Shown piece after piece: positions 14,014 to 25,210 of a stretch of 64,000 nucleotides of DNA. The stretch covers positions 124,001-188,000 of the forward strand of contig NW_021832829.1 in NCBI RefSeq assembly GCF_006345805.1, written 5' to 3'. A program made the position numbers and the translations under genes. Below the pieces are notes generated by a model. The model had not been told where the DNA came from. It made no database searches and was given only the letters and a program-made list of their open reading frames with translations. Positions within the stretch are counted from its first letter, which is position 1, and each line of letters begins with the position of its first letter. Origin of the DNA: Octopus sinensis. Lineage: Eukaryota.

Positions 14014-14567
14014 ATGGTTTGTGGTTATTTTGTAAAATTATAGACTTCGTTAACTGAGAATTTCATTGCCGGTTTTTTTACATTCCTAACACATCAAAAG
14101 AGTGCAGGGAAGTCTTTAACGTCTATGACGACCGAGGAGACGACATGATTGCTGTCAGGCATGTCGGGGATGCCATTCGCTGCCTAGGAATATACGTCAC
14201 TCTCGCAGACATTAAGAAATGTACAGCCAAATTCGACGGACCAGACCCGAGAGTGTCATTTGAAGAGTTCCTTCCAATAGTTCAAACAATGAAAAAGAAC
14301 AAGGACACGTTCACTGTCCAAGATTACCTGGGAATGTTCAGAATCTTTGATAAAGACCATTCTGGGCAACTTTATGTGGCAGATTGTCGACGAATGTTCA
14401 CTTCGATAGGTTTAGTGTGGCTAACCTTCGTCAGGGGAGCCACTGACTGATGAAGAGTTTCAGCTCATTATGAAGCACTTCACCTCGATGGGTCACGTCA
14501 ACTACGAACGTTTATTATTGTAATTTATTGTTTAGAATTAGTTCGGGAAATTATTTCTGATCAGTAA
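14014..14567 (+). CDS. Myosin essential (alkali) light chain, 5 exons
   Basis: Splicing introns 14017-14043, 14072-14100, 14410-14434 and 14510-14535 gives M-TSLTENFIAECREVFNVYDDRGDD...VGDAIRCLG...SFEEFLPIVQ...FRIFDK...GEPLTDEE...VNYE, an EF-hand MLC pattern. Confidence 0.88.
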
Positions 14568-14640
14568 TTAATTTTTGTTTAATTTAAGTTATTAATTCTT
14601 TTATTTGTTGTTTAAATAATAAATAAATTAGTTGTTTGTG

Positions 14641-15090
14641 ATGGTGAGAGTTAAGCGACGTTATTTTATATGTGAGTTGTACTCCACAGAGAGTAAGCTG
14701 GAGGGGGTTACTGGTGCCTCAATAAACACTGCAGTGAAGAGAATGACTAGTTTGTTGTATGGAGACTACGGTTTGGCCTGTATTGTGGGGCAACTGAAAG
14801 TGATGTACATCAATCCCTACCAGAAGATTGTGATTGTCAGAGTTGGGAGGGAATGTCAGAATATGGTAGCATCAGTTCTTCCATTTATTGCCAATATTGA
14901 GAGTGTTCCTCTTATAGTCAAGACAGTGCACGTGTCTGGAAGTATTCGTCAGTGTCGACGACATTTTACGATATATCACAATGCCCAGACTCGAAAGATG
15001 CTTTGTACAGCTACGAGTGTCGAGGAAAGACAAAATATTGTTAATTCCTTCAACCAATCCTTGACCAACCTGAATGAATTCTACACCTAA
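14641..15090 (+). CDS. POP5: RNase P/MRP subunit POP5, single exon
   Basis: MVRVKRRYFICEL N-terminus, LYGDYGLA, YINPYQKIVIVRV and VSGSIRQC match the POP5 family. Confidence 0.88.
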   Translation: MVRVKRRYFICELYSTESKLEGVTGASINTAVKRMTSLLYGDYGLACIVGQLKVMYINPYQKIVIVRVGRECQNMVASVLPFIANIESVPLIVKTVHVSGSIRQCRRHFTIYHNAQTRKMLCTATSVEERQNIVNSFNQSLTNLNEFYT

Positions 15091-15375
15091 TACTCATTAA
15101 CTATCATATTTTAAATGTTTTTGTACTCTGTGAACTATTTTTGTTGATTTTGTCGCACAAATAGTCTTGAATTAGTTATATTTACAGTAAAATATTTTAG
15201 CAAAGAAAAAATAAGAAGCGAATTCGGCGAGTAATTTATTAATAATCGATTCAATTTTTAGAATGAAAAATTAGCCTAAAATCATTCTTTTATTTTTTAA
15301 GCATCTTTAATTTTTTCTTCACAGCAGAAATTTTCCAAAAAGATTCTTACCCTCAGTACTGCGAGAATTTGAATA

Positions 15376-15734
15376 CAGTAGAAATCGGTTAAGTGCATAA
15401 ATTTATGTTTAAAATCATAATTTATATGCTTTCCATTTAAAATATACCGGTTAATTGCATAATTGCGTATCGGTTAGTTGCATAAATCGGTTTATTGCAT
15501 ACTCTCATTGGGAACATTTACTATTTTTTCTTATAAAAATGCACATGTCATAGCGATGGATGTTGCTAATGAGGACGACGAATGTATCGGAATCATGTCC
15601 GATGATGAAATATGTTTAATGTCAAGAGATATTTCTTGTGAAGACGATGAGGACGATTCGGATAATTGCATATATCGGTTAATTGGATAAGATTTTCCGT
15701 GGACAAATTTTATGAAATTAACCGATTTCTACTG
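15376..15734. mobile_element. pogo/Tigger-type MITE, 359 bp
   Basis: Perfect 17-bp TIRs CAGTAGAAATCGGTTAA (15376-15392 and 15718-15734), TA on both sides, internal repeats of ATCGGTT. Confidence 0.88.
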
Positions 15735-16355
15735 TAATATCAAGATAGTATTCCATTTAATCTAATTCCGTAAATTCTTAATTGATTTTCATCAACTGGA
15801 TCCAATATTTGCCGAATACTAATGATTTCATTTCATTATCTATTTGACATCAATAGACTTATTAATCCTTTATGTAAACAATAATACGAAGTTGTTTACT
15901 AATATAAATCTACTACACTTCTTTGCCAACACATAAAGTTCAAAAAAATAATAAGTTCATTTGAAAAATAGTTCAATCAAATAATATTCTCTTAGAAAAA
16001 AAGTTAAAAAATAATTCTGAACAAAAAAATATTTGTTGAAATTTTTTAGATAAAATTCAATTTTTGCTAAAATTACGGCCACCAGCAGGGATTTTACTGT
16101 AGTTCAAAAAATCGACTTGTTTCTGTTTATGATAAGCACGTTTACGTATTTTACTCGATTTATTTTAAATCAAATATTTATTTTAAATTAATATAAAATG
16201 AGCTAGATACGAATTTAATTTTGGAACAAATCATTAAACTTTTTTGTATATTAGTATTTTATATATTAAAAACAAAACAAATAATAAGAATAAATAGTAA
16301 TTTAAAAATAACAAATAAAATAAATTTGTGGATATTTATTGTGGCGGTTGATCTC

Positions 16356-18756
16356 ATGAACCCCCAAGAATACTCAATCGACAGCTCTGACTCAGCATTA
16401 GAAAAAGAACTCGAGTCACTAACTGAAGCGGCTGACTCAATGCCACACCAAACACCAAAAAGACCCAATAAACTTAAAAAAGCAAACAAACATTCAAAAA
16501 ATGACTTGACATTCAATTCAGAGGACGAAGCAGACATTGAGGTCTTCTCTATCCATTTACCAACAGAAAGAAATGGACGCCCTTTTGAGAGAGACCAAAG
16601 AAGAAGGCAAGAATTTTGTAGACATTTCAGAACATGGAATTTCAGCAGAGAAACCCCAACCCCCCGAAATTCCCGTATTTTGCCAACATGTGACATTTTT
16701 AGGTGGTACCCCAACCAAATGAGTTGAGCATGGAGGATTCCCTTAAATTGCGGATCACTGTCATCCAGAAGTCTCTGGATGAAGCAAAGGCGGCAAATAA
16801 TTTTTCAAAAATCAGAAGACTGGGCCGAATAATCTCAGTAAGCCTAATTATGTCCAATTTTTGACTTTCCACGACGCCTTGAAATCTCTGCACGAAAACA
16901 AGGAATTCGATTTTGAAAGTCTCGTCTGTCCTCCTGGATGTCCCCCCTTCCCGCCACTCCCTCGTCCACAAAATTCAGCATCCAGTCATTCCGAACGTGT
17001 AGAAATACAAAAAAGTGAAATAAGTACAAAAACTGACGGGAATGTCCATAAAACTGTCATTTCTTTGGAAGAATGTCTGAAAGCTCGACTCGCTGCTATC
17101 GAAAAGACCATTTCAGTGGCAGAACAGGCCAAAGACACCTCGAGAGTCCGGAGACTTGGGAGAATAGTCAATGTAGTGTAATGACTGACTTATAGACCTT
17201 CAATGAAGCCCTCCATGCTTGTAGGAGTAATATGGAGTACGACTATGCCTCTTTGGTGTGTCCTCCGGGTTGTCCCCCACTGCCAGCCACGTCGGGAGTC
17301 TCAGGGGTGAAACAGGCGGTTGTAAAGAGATGTCGAGAACTTATGGAGATGGAACAGGATGCTAAAAAGAAAGGCCAAGTCGAGTTTTTGACCGAATTGA
17401 GACCCAAATTGATACAAATACAGTCGTTGGTGAGGGATTTAAATTCGGGGACTGAGGTCTCTCTTGCTCAAGTTGGGAATTTTTGATGGAATTTAGATTC
17501 CCGTCCTCCCTTCAAGACCACTAGTTGAGGTCTCAGAATATTTCTCATCACACTCGCAAGTTGTGGAGCACTGTGATAGTCAATTGAGGATGATTGATGG
17601 TGTAATAGGCAATGTGGATGACTCGACTGATGATTATAGGAGGTTGTGGGATTCCGTCAATTTTAGGCTTGTTTCCGTGAGGGAGGAACTTGTCAAAACA
17701 CGGAGTCATGTTTTCAAAGTTGAAAATTTGGAGTCAATTTATAAACATGATAAGAAAATGGAAATATCACTGTTTGAGTTCTCTGGCTTTGACTGTTAGA
17801 ATAAACCCGCATTTGACTTCCTGGCAGTTCGAACTGTCCATGATTGTGTACCGAAATAAATCATTCCCCGACTCCACCACAGTCCGTTTGGAAGCTGACT
17901 TGTCCATGTGCTCGGTTTTGGTTTGTCCATTTGATTGAAGGACTGTAATGTCACCGCAGTCTCGGGAACTGCTTGTTTTGTCGGTGGATCGGCTGGTTGG
18001 ATTTTAATTTGACGTTGTTTAGTTTTTGCGAATCCTGTTTTGGCGAAGGTGAACACCACGTCTTTCCGTTTCCGGAGATCTGTGTCGACTAATCGAAGGT
18101 TTGAGTTGATTATTCTTCGAAACAAGTTGATTTGGCCTTCTCACATCGAAGGGGGTTTTTCCGTCGTGACGAAGTTGTTGGGAAGCTTCGAATCCCTTTG
18201 GGAGCACTGGCCAAGAATAAGACGGTGGACTGCCAACATTCAGTTGACGAGTTCTGTAATGACCATTCCAGTTATCGTCCAACAGTGGGGACATATCCTT
18301 CAAAATGAGCATTCGTTCTGCCACGGAGAAGTGCACTCAAGAACTGACCATAAGCTGTATTCAGTTCCCTGTGTCGAGAACTGATATTTGGTGGGTTGGG
18401 AGATTTGATTGAGCAGTCTAGGTGTCTGCAAAATAGACATTCGGCTGTTAGAGGAGAAGATCCAGTCTGTCAAAGACATTCAACAGATCAGAAAACTGCA
18501 ATCAGTAAGAAAAGAACTGCTCAAAAAAATTGAAAATTTGCAGACTTTGTTGTCTAATCCAACCCCTCAGTTTATTTCAGGTTTGAGCTGTCTGGGTTAT
18601 TCAGAGTATTACTCTGGACTGAGGAGTTTGGAAGATGCCATTAACCTGAAGATTGACAGTTTAGACCCCTCGGTTGACCATGAAAAGTTGCGTATTTACT
18701 CGGATAAGCTGAAAGCTGTCAAATTGGAGATTTCTATTTTTGTTAAGCGTCTTTGA
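16356..18756 (+). CDS. CC2D1: CC2D1A/B (Lgd/Freud) homolog: DM14 repeats plus C2 domain
   Basis: Repeated DM14 motif RRLGRI..TF.DAL......DF.SLVCPPGCPP, a C2-like region, and a C-terminal coiled coil (LEEKIQSVKDIQQIRKLQ). Confidence 0.85.
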
Positions 18757-18789
18757 CCTGTGTGATATTGACTTTTGAATTAATGTTAA

Positions 18790-19740
18790 TGTAGTAATGT
18801 TGACTTGGGTTATCTGAGGGGTGTTTTCGAATTATCATATAAATCAGATATTATTAGTCATCAATTCATTAAACAAATTTGAAATAGTTTTTAATTAATT
18901 CGTCTGCCTTTACTCGATTCTCCTCCTCTTCCGAGCCAATGTCTTTGACGTGAACAATTATCCATTTTATAGGCCATGCGATTTTTGTGGTTGTTCTTGA
19001 GCCCGATTCCATGGTCTCACTAGGGGAAGCTTCTTCTGTCGTTGTCTTTGTAAACCGGGTCATTTGGCGATCTTCGAGTGAGTACATTTCAAACTTATAT
19101 TCTGTACGCATGCTCTCCAATGTTTTCCGGATGACCACAGACTAGATATTAAGCTCGTGTGGGTCCTTTGTGGCAATTGAGTCGCAGTGATGTTTGTGGA
19201 ATTTACTCACAGCACCTTCCAACGTTAGTATCAGTGGTACTATAGTTACCTTTGCGTTATGGATTACTCCCAGTTCACTGGCAAACAAATCGTATTTGTG
19301 GAGCTTTTTTACCTCAACTTGCATTTTTTCGAGTATGAAGATGTCCGGCTGGTTATTCTCGACCCTCAGATCTGTACTTACACAAATCTCCACAGTGTTA
19401 GTCGCAACTACTGACTGAACAAAATGAGTTTTCAACTTCCTGGATTTTTTAATTCCATACTTCGTACATAAATGCTGATGTATGCACTTCACTAATTCGT
19501 TGTGTCTTATCACTATTTAGCATTCGACCACACCTCGTCGCTAAGTGATCAACTGTCTTCGTGGCTGAGTTACATTGTCTACACAATGTTCTAACATTTT
19601 CGAAAATTAGGTTATAGTCCTGTATTGGACACAAAAGCCTCTCTGTTTTTGAAATTATTTCCATCAGATAACCAATGAGAGGATTCACCAATATCGACGT
19701 TGAAATCATTTAAACACTCAAAGAGAATTGCATGCAGTGG
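18790..19740 (-). mobile_element. 3' remnant of an REL-type (R2/R4 superfamily) non-LTR retrotransposon
   Basis: CCHC-like LCRQC...VDHLATRC, then RHNELVKCIH, NQPDIFI and KLHKYDL...IVPLILTLEG (restriction-like endonuclease). Frameshifted. Confidence 0.75.
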
Positions 19741-20299
19741 TTTTTTTCTTATTTGCTTAATCAAATCGGCTATTTTTAACGTCTCGACAATTTTGTCTAA
19801 TTTATTTTTTTTATTTTATCAAACAAACGTCACTTGATCCCGATGCACTCGACCATAAACACTCATTTGTCAGATGTTTTAATATTTTTTATGAATAGAA
19901 GCGCATCATTCTTTTGTGTCGTAATTCACTGATTATTATGAAAGCAGAGAGTTGTCATGTGAGTGAAATACAATTCTCCAATGATCAATCGAGATATGAT
20001 CAGTATTTAGTGGGTGTTTCAATAAATATATGAGAAATGTCCATTTATGAAATTGTTGATTGATGGATTGAATTAACTTCGAAATCGTAAGAATTAGTGT
20101 TGAAGCATCAATTATTAGTGTTCACGTTTCAAGCATTAATGTCGAACCTCTAAACATTAGCTTATAAACCCCATATAAGTAGCACTAACATTTTTCGGAA
20201 AATTCTGCGTTCAAGTAAGTAATATATATGGACAAAATACAATATTCCTTTTAACAAAGAAACTGATTTTTGAATATTTAATTAATTGAAAATTCAATA

Positions 20300-21050
20300 A
20301 AGAAATAAGTGTCTTTCTAAACATGCCTTAATCCTTCATAAGCCAAATATTTAGTCAATTGAGAAAATTCAGAGATATTGAGAGCAAACTTCTTGGTGGA
20401 GATTATTCTTCCAAATTGAATAATTACACAAGCAATACATTCTGGTTTGGTTGATGATAATCAATTATTCACACTATCAAAGTTAAGAGACATGCTGTTT
20501 TCTGAATATCGGTTAAATATCAGTCCGAGTAATAGTGAAAATAGCTGCGAAGCAAAATATTAATACAACTATTAAACTAAGAACAAATATGGAGATAATT
20601 TTCGACGTTTGCAAATTGAAATCAAAGATAAGAACATCATTTTTCTTGACGAAGTAGGATTTTCAGTTTGTACACGTCCGAAAAGAGAGCCAAATCTGGA
20701 AATTCACCCTATTTGACGGTGCACCGAGTAAAAAAGCAGAAACATTTTTGTTTTTCGGCAATGAACATATATGGAATCATTTTCAATGATATTTATGTTT
20801 TTCTTTAAATAGGGAAACTTTCAAAGAATGCTTGAACAAAGTCGTAAAAACTTGCAACAAAAATTAGAATATTCCGAATCCATTATTATGAAGGATTAAC
20901 TGAAGTCTTTCTTAATTTTAATCTTAGAATATTTATTACCGTAGTCTCCTTTTTTGAGTATATTCTCTGTGTGGAAGCGTTTTGTTATTTCTATGAATGT
21001 CAACAGCCAATTAGAGTTGAAAAATGTCATTAGTTAAAAAATGAATGAAA
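20300..21050 (+). mobile_element. Degenerate IS630/Tc1-type transposase remnant
   Basis: IIFLDEVGFSVCTRPKR (first catalytic D) at about 20636-20690. The rest is heavily decayed and the boundaries are approximate. Confidence 0.5.
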
Positions 21051-21699
21051 TAATTATTGATAAGTGTGACTTTTTTATCGCAAAATTCTCAGATATGTTT
21101 CCTTGCAGATCAGAAAATATAGAATATTGATTCTTTACAAAATGTTGTCTTGATTTCCGTAAAAAACGCTAATTCTTGCTTATATGCGGCTTTAAAGCAA
21201 ATTCTTAGAGCATCCACAGCTAATGCTTGATGCGTCAACACTAATGCTTGCGCTTTCGACGTTAAAGTTTGGAAAACTTTATAATCCGAATTATTATCTG
21301 TCATTTAATTGGGTTGAAGCTACATAGAAAAAAATACAACTTTAATGGACCAAGCACTCCTGGTGTCAGAAAAGGAAAAAGTGATGGACGTGTTGTGTGC
21401 ATATGGGTATAAAAAGTGCAAAAAAGGAAGAACTATCCAGAATCCAGTTGATAATTGAGAATTTAATACGGATTAAAAAGAAACAAATATTTGTTTATAA
21501 CTTGAGGAGTGATTTTCTAAAAGATAACAAATGCTTTGAGGTTAACCGCAGAAGGTTTCGCAATATGTGAAAATAGTGTTGCTAAATTAAACTTTGAGGA
21601 CTACGAATGCATAAATTTTTTGAAAAACGTTTGGAATGGAAAAGCCAGAAACTCAGTATTCGATAGTAATGTAATGAAACAAGCAATTAATTGAGAGAG

Positions 21700-22370
21700 T
21701 ACGACACCCGACTTTAGTGAAGACTTTTTTTTGAACATCATCATTTGGGCCCTTGTCTGAAAGAAAAATGACTGCAACGGAGTCTAAAACTTCTTTATTT
21801 AAAAAATGGACTTGCTGCATAGCCCCATTCTATAACCATTATATGAGAATCAAAAAAACCGTATATCATTTAGCATCTAAGTATGGGAAATGCTTAAAGA
21901 CATAAAAAAAGTAGTGATATTACATTTTGCATTTTTGTAGGAAGTATGGAATCAGCTAATTCAAAAAATTGAAAGAATAAATTGAAGCAACCAAAGTTGA
22001 TAAATACTAAAAATACAATCTTTTGGCTGTGGAGTTGTTCAGCTCCTACGACGCTCAAGTCAAAATAATTCCACTTGCTATGACATTAGACGGGGTCGTT
22101 TCCAAATTTTTCGAGAACTAAACTTAGATCTATATACAGTCAGTCGTTGGAAAAAACACTGGAGAGTATGGTGGTTGAACAAAGGGACGGAATCACTGAT
22201 AAAGAGACAAATTCAGCCAGTAACTTCATAATTGAAGCAAATTGTTCGCATGAAGACAATATCGAAAGTAGGAGACCAAGAGCCGTAACTGATTTGAAGG
22301 CAGAGGATATAGGAGTAAGGTTGGTTACTTCCTCTTCTTTAAGGAAACTAATCTTCAGCGGATAATAAGC
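21700..22370 (+). mobile_element. Second 3' remnant of the REL-type retroelement family
   Basis: QVKIIPLAMTLDGVVSKF and KTLESM parallel AKVTIVPLILTLEGAVSKF and KTLESM of the 18.8-19.7 kb copy. Confidence 0.55.
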
Positions 22371-22540
22371 GAGTAACATCGTAATAATTAGTTTATTAAA
22401 TTGTTTGTTCATTTTTATAAAAGCAATTTATAACTTCCAATAATTATATTCTCTCAAAAGATTAAATGTCATATTGGTAGACTCTCTTTTTTAACAGATT
22501 ATTATCTAAACTATATAAAATTTATATTTAATTAGTTTGA

Positions 22541-23302
<762 letters not shown>

Positions 23303-24599
23303 TTATATCTCTAACCTTCTTTCCTGGTTTCTTTACTAATACATGGTTAATTGCTTGTGCGCAGTTTTATTGATTCGCTTAGTCAGCAAATTGTGTTTTT
23401 TAATCGATTCATTCAATTGGTTATATCATTTAGTTAGGACATGTACGAAAAGTAATACTTTCATTTACGTAATCCATGTAAATGAATATCCTCCATTTTA
23501 TCCAGGAAGTTATGCAGATTATGGCATATTTTATAATTGCAATGTGATTAATAATTTCGACAGTTGCTTAAACTATACAAAACTGTTTGATTTCTGTTTA
23601 TTTTGATTACTGCTCCTTCAGTTTTTAACATTTTTCGAAAACACAAATTGTGAAACCACTAATGAGAGTTATTAACGAATATTGTGGTTTTGTCGCTTTT
23701 CTGAAAAGTCTGCCCTTATTCTAGATAAATAACTGTTTTAAAGTCTACAAATTAACGATTCCCATTTTTATGAACAGGGGAATGATTATAGGCCATAAGT
23801 TTTCAAATAATTAAATATCAATTAAGAAATGACAATTTTTGGGTTTCAAGTCTGTCGACTTTGTCACAACCTTTTTTTCTTAGGGCCACCCAGAGATGGC
23901 AGAATAGATCCTTAGGAAAGTTAAAAAAGTCTATTTTGATGATTAGTAATACAGTGAAGTGCAAAATTGCTAGAAATGCCAGGAATTTAAGCAAGTTTGC
24001 GTAATCTAACTAACGAAAATGTTTCACCAATAATGACTCTAACCAAGTGACAAGAATGAGAATATTTTTTCTTATTGATAAAAAGACCTTAATTCTAATT
24101 TATTCCATTCAACTTGATTTTTAAATATTTTCAATTCTAAAGATTAAAAAGACTTAATTTTCTTGAAAAGCAAATGAAAAATAATTATGATTTAAAGACC
24201 TAATTACACTAATAATTTCAAAAATTACAAGAAAAACAACTAGAATGAAAATTTTTTTAATTTTAGTTTTTCTTGGCACAATAAAAAATCCCAAAGTCAA
24301 AAACACAAAAAGTTGAAAAAATAAGTAGTAGTCATTATTTTTCTACTCTGAGGTTTTTATTTTTTAAAGATCCCATTTTGCTTAATATCGACCATTTTTT
24401 AATTTGCCATGAAGTTTTGCTGATTTTGAATATTGGAATGATTTTCTATAAATCCCGTTATTTCAAATTGAGTATTTGGCAAAGACATATGCATTATATT
24501 CATTCAAGAAACCGTTAACAAAGTAGGAATATCTGAAATTTTGAATTGTTCGAATAAAAATATTTTTCTAACCCTAACCCTAAAAAGAGGGTTTTACCA

Positions 24600-25210
24600 A
24601 AAGCAAAGTTGAACTTTCCAAAAGCAAAGTGGTACAAAAAATAATTTCTGTTTTTTTAAACAAAGTGACTATGCAACACTCAAAAGTGTCGAGATCAATT
24701 GCAAGAGTTACTAAGCAACACTCAAAAGTGCCGAGATCAATTGCTACATTATGAATTGAAACGTGGATCCTTTAATAAAGAATCTGCCCATGAATGGTTG
24801 AGAATTTATCTACGAAAGTCAGGAAGGCTTACAATTTTCTGGTAGTGCTAGTAGTAGACAATGTTCCATGCTATTCAGGAATTGAAGAAATTGTTAAAGA
24901 AAAGGAATTAATTAGAAATAAAATTTTAAGATTGGATCCCTATAGCCCTATGCTCAACCCAATTGAGAATATTTGGTAAGTATTCAAAGCTGACATAAAA
25001 AGGCACATTGCAACAGACATGAAAAATATTTTGAATGGTGTGGGGAAAAAAGCTTTGTCAACTACTGAGTTTCGACATCGAAAGTTAGAAGAAACTATGA
25101 ATAACTATTTATTTATAATCACTACATCTTTATGCAACACCGTAATTGCTGGAATTCAGAGGTTGGCCCGATCGGTGTTAAATAATGATAAAATGGTTTA
25201 TTAAATTATT
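24600..25210 (+). mobile_element. IS630/Tc1 transposase C-terminal remnant with short upstream direct repeats
   Basis: VVDNVPCY...YSPMLNPIENIW (35 residues between D and E). Direct repeats CCAAAAGCAAAGT and GCAACACTCAAAAGTG.CGAGATCAATTGC lie upstream. Confidence 0.65.

Noticed and set aside
21050-21600. Possible pogo DDE remnant on the minus strand (FKAAYKQE)
   Set aside because: The motif is too short and decayed to support a feature call.
24568-24586. Telomere-like CTAACCCTAACCCTAA, and GGTTAGGGTTAGG at about 27661
   Set aside because: Only 2-3 units, inside transposon debris. Too short to call an interstitial telomere.
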